DNA of 64,000 nt, taken from sequence record NC_041936.1; one strand, given 5' to 3'. Below the pieces are notes generated by a model that was given only the letters and a program-made list of their open reading frames with translations, was not told the DNA's origin and searched no databases. Positions within the stretch are counted from its first letter, which is position 1; every line of letters begins with the position of its first letter. Position numbers and translations under genes: made by a program. Of this stretch, positions 44,163 through 53,874 are shown one piece after another. This stretch comes from Escherichia phage ECD7.

Positions 44163-44174
44163 GTGTATGATTTA

Positions 44175-44205
44175 AAAGCCAATTCGAGAGAGTTGGCTTT
44201 TTCTA
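44175..44205 (+). terminator. rho-independent terminator after gene 8
   Basis: Hairpin AAAGCCAA-ttcgagagag-TTGGCTTT + TTTCTATTTT. Confidence 0.5.
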
Positions 44206-44214
44206 TTTTGGGTG

Positions 44215-44242
44215 TTGACAATCTTGTCTGATAAGGTATAAT
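44215..44242 (+). promoter_or_regulatory. early sigma70-like promoter TTGACA-16-TATAAT inside the late block
   Basis: Consensus hexamers then SD GGAGG and the ATG at 44272. Confidence 0.6.
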
Positions 44243-44271
44243 GATCACATCTAAACAACGGAGGATAAATT

Positions 44272-44529
44272 ATGGCACGTCGTAAATTTACAGATAATTG
44301 TGAAGCAATTCAGGTATCCCCTTGCGGTTGGGATGTGATCGCGAACGGTGAAAAGATCGGAGAGATCATCGATCATACTCATTCATCACTAGCCGATTAC
44401 ACCGATGAACTATTGGAGGGTATCAACTTCATGAATGACACTAAACGATTCAAGACTATCGACGAAGCTATCTATTTTGTGTATAATCCAACTTTCGGTA
44501 TGTGGGGTAATAGAAAATGGCACGCGTAA
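44272..44529 (+). CDS. hypothetical protein, first gene of the inserted early cassette
   Basis: 85 aa; MAR start shared by all three cassette genes; SD GGAGG; own early promoter. Confidence 0.5.
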   Translation: MARRKFTDNCEAIQVSPCGWDVIANGEKIGEIIDHTHSSLADYTDELLEGINFMNDTKRFKTIDEAIYFVYNPTFGMWGNRKWHA

Positions 44530-44849
44530 ATATTAAATTGCATTACACAATGAATAAAGCTAAGTTCCCAATGCAAAAGCATTACTATGGTCTACGTGCA
44601 CAAGATCCTAAACTCTATGGTACTCATTGGTTTTGTAAACATGATAACCAATGGCACACATACGAAGAAATGCACGAGATGATGAAACAGGGTATTGAAT
44701 TTAGTTATTCTAATTATGACCATCGTATAACTTGCATTCGAAAATTGAAACGATGGATTCGTAAGAATCCGCAATTTAAAAACTTTGTGTTCTTTATGTC
44801 TCATGTTTATTTGGGACATAGCGTTACCGTCACAGCAAAGGTTAAATAA
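44517..44849 (+). CDS. hypothetical protein, second cassette gene
   Basis: 110 aa; start overlaps upstream stop. Confidence 0.5.
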   Translation: MARVNIKLHYTMNKAKFPMQKHYYGLRAQDPKLYGTHWFCKHDNQWHTYEEMHEMMKQGIEFSYSNYDHRITCIRKLKRWIRKNPQFKNFVFFMSHVYLGHSVTVTAKVK

Positions 44850-45688
44850 TGGCACGACTTTCTAAACAAGAACAAAAATTACACGATCGGGTGATGGAGT
44901 TGATTAATTCAGATCGCCCATTGACATATGAAGAAAAAGAATTTTGCTATAATAACTATCATGGCGATGGTCTAGGCGGTTCAGGTGCATTCTTTACCCC
45001 AGAAGGGCTTGCATGGGATTTTACCATCGATGCACATTGCACAGGAAAAGTATTAGATCTTTGTGCTGGGATCGGTCGCTTATCTTTTTGTATGTTACAT
45101 CGTTGTAAGCCAGAAAAGATCGTATGCGTCGAACTCAATCCAGAATTTGCGCGGATTGGCAAGAGACTATTACCGGAGGCAGAATGGATCACCAGCGATG
45201 TATTCGAATTTGAGTCAAACGAAAAATTCGATGTGGTGATCAGCAATCCACCTTTCGGGAAAATCAATACAACCAACACAAAGGATGTATTTGAGTACAC
45301 TGGCGGCGAATTTGAATTTAAGGTTATGACATTAGGCCAGAAGTTTGCCGATGTTGGCTATTTTATTGTTCCTGTGGGTTCCGCTGGTTTTGCTTATTCC
45401 GGCAGACCTTATTATGACGGGACCATGAAGTCTAATAAATATCTAAAATGGAGCAAACAAACTGGTTTGGTGACTTATGCCGGATGTGGTATCGATACAT
45501 CAATCTATCGCGATGAATGGCACAGTACCAACGTTTTAACAGAAGTGGTTGAGGTTCGGTATTACGAGAAAGAAGCCGTAGAAGCGCCTAAATCACGCCC
45601 TAACGAACAAATAGAAGAAAGTAAGGAGATTACCTTACCGAAACAGGAAAGCGAGTCTGGGACGCTCTCAGATTTGTTTGACATTTAA
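44849..45688 (+). CDS. N6-adenine methyltransferase-like protein (gamma-class motif order, NPPF)
   Basis: 279 aa; FFTPEGLAWDF, AdoMet motif VLDLCAGIGRL, catalytic DVVISNPPFGK; no obvious target-recognition domain. Confidence 0.65.
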   Translation: MARLSKQEQKLHDRVMELINSDRPLTYEEKEFCYNNYHGDGLGGSGAFFTPEGLAWDFTIDAHCTGKVLDLCAGIGRLSFCMLHRCKPEKIVCVELNPEFARIGKRLLPEAEWITSDVFEFESNEKFDVVISNPPFGKINTTNTKDVFEYTGGEFEFKVMTLGQKFADVGYFIVPVGSAGFAYSGRPYYDGTMKSNKYLKWSKQTGLVTYAGCGIDTSIYRDEWHSTNVLTEVVEVRYYEKEAVEAPKSRPNEQIEESKEITLPKQESESGTLSDLFDI

Positions 45689-45693
45689 TTATA

Positions 45694-45718
45694 AGCCGTC
45701 CTCGTGGGCGGCTTTTTT
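45694..45718 (+). terminator. rho-independent terminator after the methyltransferase-like gene
   Basis: Hairpin AGCCGTCC-tcgt-GGGCGGCT + TTTTTT. Confidence 0.55.
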
Positions 45719-45728
45719 GTATGTATTT

Positions 45729-45736
45729 TATAAATA
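45729..45736 (+). promoter_or_regulatory. late promoter box TATAAATA upstream of gene 9
   Basis: Exact late consensus 28 nt before the gp9 ATG; SD GAGGA. Confidence 0.55.
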
Positions 45737-45763
45737 ATACATCATAACATGAGGAATTAAACA

Positions 45764-46618
45764 ATGGCACAAGTTCCAAAGAAAAGAATAGACACAGGTA
45801 CTGTCGGCAATCCATCGACTGGCGATATCTTATATGATGGCGGTAATAAAATTAACGATAACTTTGATTCAATATATGACGCATTTGCTGATCAGCGGTT
45901 TAAAGACGTAGACCACGGCGTGGGAAGAATGGTTATTCATGCAACCGGATACTATCAGAAGCATCCACGTCAAAGCTACGCTGGTTCCGCTGTTGAGATT
46001 GGGAGTCTACACGATATCGATACAACTCAAGGCGCACTTATTGCTATTCTACCTAAAGCGAAGGTTGGTGAGGGTGTTGTATTCATAAATAGTAACGGTA
46101 GCCTTTCAACGACGACACCGCTCAATATTCGAACTCAAGCAGGTGATTCTATTAGCGGGTATTCCGGTGATGCTACAATAACACAACCATTTTCAAAAGT
46201 CACTGTTTGGTGTACTGCCGTTGAAGGTAGTCGCGTAACATGGCGATTGGGTATCGAAAGTATGTTTACCGATACAACAACGCCATTAGATAAAACAGTT
46301 AACGTAACTGGAGTAGCAACAAACGTTGCTATTGCCGCAAAAACAGAATACGTTTCCATCAAATTATTAACTACCGCTAGCAATACATCCGGTTCAAAAA
46401 TGCGTTCAAGTGAAACGCTACTAATGATTGATTCTAAAGCCGGAAAAGTTTATGCGACGGAATATGCAGTTTTGCAGAAGACAGAAGATGAACTATACAC
46501 GGTTCGTTATTTCATCGGTTCCGGCGATAAAGTATATGCAGAGTATAAGGCTACTGGCGAAAATATTCGTTTAGCAGTTAAAGCCGTAGACACTATTAAA
46601 ATCGGGGTTGCTACATGA
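45764..46618 (+). CDS. 9: baseplate wedge / long tail fiber connector gp9
   Basis: 284 aa; N-terminus PKKRIDTGTVGNPSTGDILYDGGNKINDNFDSIYDAF parallels T4 gp9. Confidence 0.85.
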   Translation: MAQVPKKRIDTGTVGNPSTGDILYDGGNKINDNFDSIYDAFADQRFKDVDHGVGRMVIHATGYYQKHPRQSYAGSAVEIGSLHDIDTTQGALIAILPKAKVGEGVVFINSNGSLSTTTPLNIRTQAGDSISGYSGDATITQPFSKVTVWCTAVEGSRVTWRLGIESMFTDTTTPLDKTVNVTGVATNVAIAAKTEYVSIKLLTTASNTSGSKMRSSETLLMIDSKAGKVYATEYAVLQKTEDELYTVRYFIGSGDKVYAEYKATGENIRLAVKAVDTIKIGVAT

Positions 46619-48417
46619 AACAATTAATTAATATCGGTAACGTTGTTGATGACGGTACAGGTGATTATCTAAGAAAAGGTGGTCAAAAGATTAATGACAA
46701 CTTTTCTGAACTTTACACTAAGCTGGGGGATGGTGATATCCCTCATGCATCCGGCGCGTGGAAAACTCACACACAACCAGTATTAAAACCAAATTTTGGT
46801 GATGCATGGGCGATTAATACAACGAACAACGCTGTTTCTGTTGAATTGCCTAAAGGAAGCGCGAGTGATTATAATAAAACAATTAAACTTCGTGATGTTT
46901 GGCGCTCATGGGCTGCACATAACGTAACGTTGAAGCCAGCACAAGGTGATACCATTAAGGGATCTCCAATCGACCGTGAGTTGTATAAAGATTTCATGGA
47001 TGTTGAATTGGTTTATTGTGCGCCTGGACGTTGGGAATATGTCGAAAATAAACGAGTAGATACTATCACCACTTCCGATTTAAGCACAGTCGCTAAGGAA
47101 GTTTATATTGCAACCGAAGGACAAACAGACTTCCCCAATGTGTTTGGTTCCAATACTTACAACATTCGAAATGTTGAAGTGTATTATCGCGGTAACTTGC
47201 TTTATTATGGCAAGGATTTAACCGATGATTCTAACTATGGTTCAATCGGTGAAAATGGTGATATTGTTCCGCTGGACGGTAAAAGCATTAAATTACGCTT
47301 CCCTTGTTCGGCGGGTGATACCATTCAAATCATCACTTATATGGACGGTATCGCATCCTTCCGGTCAAGCTATATTACTCATACAATCCGCGTTTATGAA
47401 ACAGGAATGACCACTTTGGAATCCATCCCAGGTGAAGTTTGGGTTGGTGAACTAGCTAATAAGAAAGAATTTACTAATGCTGAATTAGGCGTAAGTAAGC
47501 GAGATCTTATTAATCCAAATTCATTTGAATTGCTGATCAACGGCACACAAATGATTAAAGCGGGCGATGCGGATTTACCTTTCTTTATTTGTGAAGGTGC
47601 TGACGGTGAAACAGAAGAAACCTGCGTACTTGCTGGCGGTCAATGGGTGGAATCTGGCGAAGATTATTCATTGATGTTCGACGAAAACAGCGTGGTGACT
47701 GGTATTAAATTATCTAAAGCACTAGATAACCGAGACACTATCACAATTCGCTGGTTTAATAATGATATCGGAACATTAATGGAATGGGACGGTGTAGGTG
47801 GTATTAAAGAAAAAGCAGATAAAATCTATCTTAATAACGAAGATGAAGTTACTCTGACAAATCGAATTGAATATACCGATTTCCAGAATCCAAGCCAAGC
47901 GACTAAACGCCCAATGGAAGATTATACAGGTCGTGTGATGGATATCTATTCCATATTCGATATTTTCTATCCTATAGGCACAATTTATGAAAATGCGCAT
48001 AACCCAGCTAACCCAGCGACCTATATGGGATTTGGTACATGGGTACGTTATGCAGAAAAAGAATTTTTAGTTGGTTGGTCCTCTGACGCAAGCGATCAAA
48101 ACTTCGCACTAAACAACAACGATCTTGATACACATGGTCAACCTACACACACCGCAGGTGGTAACGGTGGTGATGTTGCATACCAGATCAAGAAAAATAT
48201 GATTCCTGAATTACAGAGCGACGATCGAGTTCTTGTAAAAGATGATAACGGAAATATTATTATCGGTGGTTGTCAGGTAGACCCTGATGCAGTAGGTCCA
48301 GCGTTTACCAAATATCGCGAAGATAATGTTAAAGTTAATCAGGGAAATACCGATCCATCAATGATTGGTATTCTTCCTCCATACAGAACTGTCTATCGTT
48401 GGCTAAGGGTAGGTTAA
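46615..48417 (+). CDS. 10: baseplate wedge / short tail fiber attachment protein gp10
   Basis: 600 aa (T4 gp10 is about 602 aa); synteny. Confidence 0.85.
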   Translation: MKQLINIGNVVDDGTGDYLRKGGQKINDNFSELYTKLGDGDIPHASGAWKTHTQPVLKPNFGDAWAINTTNNAVSVELPKGSASDYNKTIKLRDVWRSWAAHNVTLKPAQGDTIKGSPIDRELYKDFMDVELVYCAPGRWEYVENKRVDTITTSDLSTVAKEVYIATEGQTDFPNVFGSNTYNIRNVEVYYRGNLLYYGKDLTDDSNYGSIGENGDIVPLDGKSIKLRFPCSAGDTIQIITYMDGIASFRSSYITHTIRVYETGMTTLESIPGEVWVGELANKKEFTNAELGVSKRDLINPNSFELLINGTQMIKAGDADLPFFICEGADGETEETCVLAGGQWVESGEDYSLMFDENSVVTGIKLSKALDNRDTITIRWFNNDIGTLMEWDGVGGIKEKADKIYLNNEDEVTLTNRIEYTDFQNPSQATKRPMEDYTGRVMDIYSIFDIFYPIGTIYENAHNPANPATYMGFGTWVRYAEKEFLVGWSSDASDQNFALNNNDLDTHGQPTHTAGGNGGDVAYQIKKNMIPELQSDDRVLVKDDNGNIIIGGCQVDPDAVGPAFTKYREDNVKVNQGNTDPSMIGILPPYRTVYRWLRVG

Positions 48418-48418
48418 T

Positions 48419-49063
48419 ATGATTTCGAAAACACGTTCAAAAGCTAGTGTATTTTCCAGCGATGCGGCGTTTATTTCATACGATCCAGGATCGAAAGATC
48501 CTGTTATCGGTGGTTCTCGTCCAATTGGTGGCGTTAATGTCGATCAATCAAGAAAAGGTTCCTATGTAAACAACGTTCAATCTGCAATTGATGACCTTTA
48601 TTCGTTGTCAATGATCCGAATTGGTGACGTTTTAGTAACAACAAATTCAACTGCACCACAATCGGCAGGGCAAATTGAAACATTAACATTTGCAGGAAGC
48701 GTTAATAATCAACATAACCCAGAAGCAAAGAAAGTATTAATTGATGTTTTGGGTTATCCATTTATTGTTGATGTTGGGTCTTCCGGCGTTTCTCTATGTG
48801 AGAAAGTAACGGAAAAATTTACCGAACTAATGAATAAAAACATTATGTTCAAAGAAGTAAAAAGAAAAGGAAGTAGCAACGACCAATTAGAAATTCATTA
48901 TATCGATTCTCTTGAACATCAACCAACCGATATTAACAAGTACGGAATTACAATCACAGGAAATGTTGATTCTCCTGCTCGTGTTGGTTATGGTTCATGG
49001 TCTCGCATGGGTACAGAAGAGAAATTTGGAACTACCCTATATTATTTCAAACGTATTGCATAA
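48419..49063 (+). CDS. 11: baseplate wedge protein gp11
   Basis: 214 aa (T4 gp11 is about 219 aa); synteny. Confidence 0.8.
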   Translation: MISKTRSKASVFSSDAAFISYDPGSKDPVIGGSRPIGGVNVDQSRKGSYVNNVQSAIDDLYSLSMIRIGDVLVTTNSTAPQSAGQIETLTFAGSVNNQHNPEAKKVLIDVLGYPFIVDVGSSGVSLCEKVTEKFTELMNKNIMFKEVKRKGSSNDQLEIHYIDSLEHQPTDINKYGITITGNVDSPARVGYGSWSRMGTEEKFGTTLYYFKRIA

Positions 49064-49074
49064 GGTGATGTATA

Positions 49075-50475
49075 ATGGCAAACAATACTATTAACCACGT
49101 AAAAGACGATGCTCAATACGTCAAGTTTAACCCTGTAAATGATTGGCCTCAAAACATTACCAACGTACAAGCGGCTTTAGCCGCTATTAACGGCTTTGCT
49201 GTAAATGGATTGCCGGACGCTACGGAAGATACAGCCGGGATCGCTGCAATCGCAACTCAGGAAGAAGTAAACGACGGTACTGTAGATAATAAGATCGTGA
49301 CTCCAAAAACACTGGCTGTTAAAATGTCACGTCCAGATGCTACAAAAGAAGTAAAGGGTATCACCCGATTTGCCACGATGGAAGAATCGCTGCAAGAGAG
49401 CAACGAGAACATGGCAATCGGTCCAGACACACTAAACCATTACTTCACCACTAAAAAGGCGTCAGAGAGCGTTCAGGGGACTATTAAGATATGTTCTCTT
49501 GAGGCAGCAAAGATTGGCAGTGATGACACAATGGCAGTAACACCGAAAAAGATGCACACTGCCATTGCACAGATTGTGCCGGGATTAATTCCAGATCAAA
49601 ACACAGCAACCGAAAGCGCACAGGGTTTAGTTCAGTTAGCAACTAATGCGCAGGTTTTACAAGGCCAGATTCGAGAAGGTTTTGCAATTAGCCCTTATGC
49701 ATTTGCAAATGCTCGCGCCAATGAGAATCAGGCGGGTACTGTTAAGATCGCCAGCCAGTCACAGATGAATGCTGGTTCAGATGATACTGTAGTTGTTTCT
49801 GCTAAGAAGTTTGCAAGCACTAAGGCAACAACGTCTCAATACGGCATTGTTAAACTACGAGACACCGTAGGAAGTGAGGCTAACGCTGCACTATCAGCAA
49901 ATGCTAAGGTTCTTCCTAGCACTGGCGGTACGGTAAGCGGAAACGTCTATAAAGGTTCAAACTCAGACGGCAACCAGTTTGTTACTAAAAATGAATTAGC
50001 GAATCACGCAATGCCAATTGGTGGTATTATCCTTTCTGGATTCAATGCCGATCGAGGTGACTTTCTGATCTGTAATGGTCGTTCACTGAATAAAAATCAA
50101 TATCCGCAATTATTTTCTGCGATTGGTTATACCTTTGGTGGTTCAGGTGACAATTTTAATATTCCTGATATGCGCGGTTTAGTTGCTCGTGGTTGCGATC
50201 ATGGAAGAAACCTTGATCCAGGTCGTCGATTTGGTTCTTATCAAGAAGATGCAATGCAGAGAATTACTGGTAAATTCCCTGTAGCTGACCGCTGGCGCGG
50301 TTGGTATGGTGGCGCATTTACTGCACAGCGCGGTCAATGGAGCACGAACTATAAAAACGGTGGTGGTGATGATTGGGGTTCTACTGTTAACTTTGATTCA
50401 GGAAGATCCGTAAGAACGGCTAACGAGACTCGCGTCAAGAGTCTGGCATTAAACTATATCATAAGGGTGCGCTAA
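49075..50475 (+). CDS. 12: short tail fiber protein gp12
   Basis: 466 aa; N-terminus NNTINHVKDDAQYVKFNPVNDWPQNITNVQAALAAI and C-terminal NIPDMRGLVARG collinear with T4 gp12. Confidence 0.9.
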   Translation: MANNTINHVKDDAQYVKFNPVNDWPQNITNVQAALAAINGFAVNGLPDATEDTAGIAAIATQEEVNDGTVDNKIVTPKTLAVKMSRPDATKEVKGITRFATMEESLQESNENMAIGPDTLNHYFTTKKASESVQGTIKICSLEAAKIGSDDTMAVTPKKMHTAIAQIVPGLIPDQNTATESAQGLVQLATNAQVLQGQIREGFAISPYAFANARANENQAGTVKIASQSQMNAGSDDTVVVSAKKFASTKATTSQYGIVKLRDTVGSEANAALSANAKVLPSTGGTVSGNVYKGSNSDGNQFVTKNELANHAMPIGGIILSGFNADRGDFLICNGRSLNKNQYPQLFSAIGYTFGGSGDNFNIPDMRGLVARGCDHGRNLDPGRRFGSYQEDAMQRITGKFPVADRWRGWYGGAFTAQRGQWSTNYKNGGGDDWGSTVNFDSGRSVRTANETRVKSLALNYIIRVR

Positions 50476-52244
50476 TGATTGAACAATTAAACATCCACGA
50501 GATCCCACATGTTGACGGTGTACCAAGCGAAGGACAGCACCGTATTAACTGGATCAAGAATGGCGAATGTTTAAGCGCAGCAACGACACAGACGGGCAAT
50601 GACGGGACGCTTAACCGCGCCCCGGTTGCAATTCAAGAAAACGTTGCACGCGTAAACGAAAACGCAAAATCAACCGTCGCTAAAGTTAACGAGGTTGTAA
50701 CGGCGGTTAACGATATTAAAACAACTTTAGGGGTAATTTCTGACGGAAGTATCATTGATGTGGTTAACCAGACTGTCGCAAAAGTTGAATCCGTCGAAGA
50801 GAACTTAGGAGAAACAGCAAGAACTCTGCAAACAACGGTAGACGCTGTATCAGAACTTAACATCAAGATTGGTGATCGCCCCGCTGCCGATCCGAGCACA
50901 AGAACAATCTATGATGACATTTCTTTCATCAAACAAGAAATGGGTTCTTATCCTAACTTTAATATCAATGGTTCCCCTGATGCTGGCAGTTCCGGTTCTG
51001 GCATCAAATACCGAGTTATTCAGAATACCGCAGCATTAAATGACCACGGTCGCCGAATCATTCAGCTTGAAAACGACTGGCAAGATTCTGACGTAGGCGA
51101 GTTAACAAGACAAGTTAACAAAATGCGCAGTGAGATCGGCGACACGTCTCTTGCAACACAAGAAAATGTGTATGTTCGTCTCCGCACCAACGCAAGAAAC
51201 ATTGCTAACTTATCAAACGAAGTTCTAGAAGTCAAGAAAGCAATTTTGTTTGATTCAATCCCTGATATCGGGACTAAAGTCACTACGCTGGGAACTAATT
51301 ATGAACGTCTAAACAATGATGTTAATGGTGTAGATTCCGGTATTCGTCCTCGTCTTCTGGCTGTCGAGAATAAGATCGGAACGCCTCAATCGGCTGGAAG
51401 CATTGACTATCGATTAACCAACACAGAGCGAGAATTTTTAGATCTTAAACAGGTTGTTGGTGTAAGCGGTGCTGACGGTTTGCGCGGTGAAGTTGTTCGA
51501 CTTTCCAATGAGATTGGCACTGACAGCGATCGACATACTCTAGCCGGACGTATTAAAGTTGTAGAAAACACTCAGGGTCGGTTAGAAGCAAGCGTACAGG
51601 ACATGGAACAGATTGTAGGTGATCGCGAATCAGGTTTGACCGCTGGCGTTATTAAACTATCAAGTGATATCTATGGCGATGATGGTTCAGAAGATCCATT
51701 TACTCAGAAAGGCGTGATTAAAATCGTCAAAGAGCTACAAACATCTAACGGAAACAAAGTAGATGATGTACCTGATGACGGTTTCCATTATCTGCGTAAG
51801 CGCGGAGAATGGGTGCAAGTTGCATATGCTGCTGGAGCATTTAAAAATACCGCAGATATTACGGTTGAACTTGACGAACAGGATGTTTATAAACCGATTC
51901 CGCTAAACGATATGACCGAAGAAGTTCCTGCGCGTGGAATGGTTAAGAGCGAATCTCTTGTTACGGTTAACGACAAAGGATTATTCCGTTGTGATTTCCG
52001 TTGTTCTGTAAATGCGGCACATAACGCTACTTTCGTAGTCGGTATTGCTAAAAATGGTCTGATTGTACATGAGGTACGAAATGGTCATTATGGAGCTGAT
52101 GATTTAATTAGCTATTCTACCAGTGCTTTCCTAAATATTGAAAAGGGCGACCGGATCGATATTCGCATTAAGGGCGTATCCGAAGAAGCATTAGCGCAAC
52201 AGCTACAAATTAAAGAGTTCCTCTTTGGGATTTCTCCGGTATAA
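50475..52244 (+). CDS. wac: fibritin (whisker/neck fibre) with extra C-terminal domain
   Basis: 589 aa; N-terminus VDGVPSEGQHRINWIKNGE as in T4 wac; foldon-like YLRKRGEWVQV followed by about 140 additional residues. Confidence 0.85.
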   Translation: MIEQLNIHEIPHVDGVPSEGQHRINWIKNGECLSAATTQTGNDGTLNRAPVAIQENVARVNENAKSTVAKVNEVVTAVNDIKTTLGVISDGSIIDVVNQTVAKVESVEENLGETARTLQTTVDAVSELNIKIGDRPAADPSTRTIYDDISFIKQEMGSYPNFNINGSPDAGSSGSGIKYRVIQNTAALNDHGRRIIQLENDWQDSDVGELTRQVNKMRSEIGDTSLATQENVYVRLRTNARNIANLSNEVLEVKKAILFDSIPDIGTKVTTLGTNYERLNNDVNGVDSGIRPRLLAVENKIGTPQSAGSIDYRLTNTEREFLDLKQVVGVSGADGLRGEVVRLSNEIGTDSDRHTLAGRIKVVENTQGRLEASVQDMEQIVGDRESGLTAGVIKLSSDIYGDDGSEDPFTQKGVIKIVKELQTSNGNKVDDVPDDGFHYLRKRGEWVQVAYAAGAFKNTADITVELDEQDVYKPIPLNDMTEEVPARGMVKSESLVTVNDKGLFRCDFRCSVNAAHNATFVVGIAKNGLIVHEVRNGHYGADDLISYSTSAFLNIEKGDRIDIRIKGVSEEALAQQLQIKEFLFGISPV

Positions 52245-52251
52245 GAAATTA

Positions 52252-52278
52252 AAGGGGCGTTAAGCCCCTTTTTCGTTT
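52252..52278 (+). terminator. rho-independent terminator after wac
   Basis: Hairpin GGGGC-gttaa-GCCCC + TTTTTCGTTT. Confidence 0.55.
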
Positions 52279-52290
52279 ATAGGTGATATT

Positions 52291-53223
52291 ATGTCAGGAT
52301 ATGTAACAAATAACCCAAGAGAATTAAAAGACGCTATTCTGCGTCGTTTAGGCGCACCAGTAATTAACGTAGAAGTAACAGAAGACCAGATTTACGATTG
52401 TATTCAGAGAGCATTAGAACTCTATGGGGAATATCATTTCGATGGTGTGAATAAAGGATATAAAGTATTTCGTGTTAGTGCAGAGCAAGCTCAACACGGG
52501 GTATTTGATTTGAGCGATTCTGGAGTATTCGCAGTAACTAAAATAATTCGAACAAACGTAGGTAGCGCGGCTACGATGGATGGCACTGCCGTTTATCCGT
52601 GGTTTACTGACTTTCTGTTGGGTTTAGCTGGTGTAAATGGCGGTTTAGGATCTGGCTGTAGTAAATTTTATGGTCCAAATGCAATGGGCGGTGATCTAGG
52701 ATATTTCGAACAGCTTATGAGCTATCGAGCCACTATGCAAAATATGCTCAATCCGCTTCCAGACTATTGGTATAATAGCGCAAACGGACAACTTAAGATA
52801 ACAGGAAACTTCCGAGAAGGTGATCTCATTGTTGTTGAATTATATGTTAAAAGCTATGTAGACGTTCCTGATATGATCGGCGCGGTTGCTGGTTATGCTC
52901 ATGCTGGAGGATGTTCTACCGCTGGCGGGATTAGCGCCGTTTATGATAATCCAACTGCTGGTTTAAGCGGGATTGTTGCTGGCATGGGACCGATCAGTGA
53001 GAACAAGCAGGGCGCATATAATAACCGTTGGGTTAAAGACATGGCAACCGCTTTCACTAAGGAGGTGTGGGGGTCCATCATGGCTAAACATCAAGGTCTG
53101 CAATTACCCGGCGGTGTCACTGTTGATGGTATCCGAATCATTGAAGAAGCACGCGCCGACATTGAGAAATTGCGACAAGAACTAGAATTATTAGATCCTC
53201 CGTTCGGCATCCTCATGATTTGA
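52291..53223 (+). CDS. 13: neck protein gp13
   Basis: 310 aa (T4 gp13 is about 309 aa); synteny. Confidence 0.8.
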   Translation: MSGYVTNNPRELKDAILRRLGAPVINVEVTEDQIYDCIQRALELYGEYHFDGVNKGYKVFRVSAEQAQHGVFDLSDSGVFAVTKIIRTNVGSAATMDGTAVYPWFTDFLLGLAGVNGGLGSGCSKFYGPNAMGGDLGYFEQLMSYRATMQNMLNPLPDYWYNSANGQLKITGNFREGDLIVVELYVKSYVDVPDMIGAVAGYAHAGGCSTAGGISAVYDNPTAGLSGIVAGMGPISENKQGAYNNRWVKDMATAFTKEVWGSIMAKHQGLQLPGGVTVDGIRIIEEARADIEKLRQELELLDPPFGILMI

Positions 53224-53232
53224 TTAAATGTG

Positions 53233-53275
53233 TTGACTAATATGTTCTCGTTAGTGTATGATCTGACGAGAACAT
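53233..53275 (+). promoter_or_regulatory. sigma70-like promoter (TTGACT...TATGAT) embedded in a 10-bp stem-loop ATGTTCTCGT/ACGAGAACAT upstream of the GIY-YIG gene
   Basis: Inverted repeat with the -10 in the loop; SD AAGGAG; same promoter-plus-stem-loop architecture as the early-region cassettes. Confidence 0.45.
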
Positions 53276-53289
53276 AAAAGGAGAATCAT

Positions 53290-53874
53290 ATGGCATATTA
53301 TTATCTATATCAAATAACAAATAATTTAAATGGGATGGTCTATGTTGGTATGAGAACGTCCAAAAAACCAATAGAAAAGGATTCTTATTGGGGGAGCGGA
53401 AAACGAATTAAAAGAGCAATAAAAAAGTATGGAATAGAGAACTTCACAAAAACTATTCTTTCCACACACAACACGTTAGAAGAACTAGCTTTAGCAGAAA
53501 AAAAGATAGTGACTAAGGAATTTGTAGAAAGAGAAGATACATATAATATTGCTCTGGGTGGAGTGAATAGAGGTTCTTTGTGGGATGACATGGACGAAGA
53601 AACAAAAAATGAAGCAAGAAGAAAAATATCTGAAAAAGCATCCAGTCGAAAAAGAGAATCTCACTCAGACGAGACTAAAAATAAAATGAGTCAATCGGCA
53701 AAAAATAGAAAGAGAGATTGGGAAAATTTTAAAGGCGCAAGAAAAATTATGGCAGAAGGTGTTCTATACCTAACCACTCAAGAATGTTGTAGAAAGTATG
53801 GGATATCAGCCGCTTCTATGAGGAAACGAGTAAAGTCAACCGCAGAAAAATGGAAGGAGTTTTATTATGTTTGA
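53290..53874 (+). CDS. free-standing GIY-YIG homing endonuclease (Seg/I-TevI-like)
   Basis: 194 aa; N-terminal [23 protein letters not shown]...[16 protein letters not shown]...EELALAEKK fits the GIY-(x10)-YIG, Arg, Glu layout; AT-rich; between genes 13 and 14. Confidence 0.8.
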   Translation: MAYYYLYQITNNLNGMVYVGMRTSKKPIEKDSYWGSGKRIKRAIKKYGIENFTKTILSTHNTLEELALAEKKIVTKEFVEREDTYNIALGGVNRGSLWDDMDEETKNEARRKISEKASSRKRESHSDETKNKMSQSAKNRKRDWENFKGARKIMAEGVLYLTTQECCRKYGISAASMRKRVKSTAEKWKEFYYV

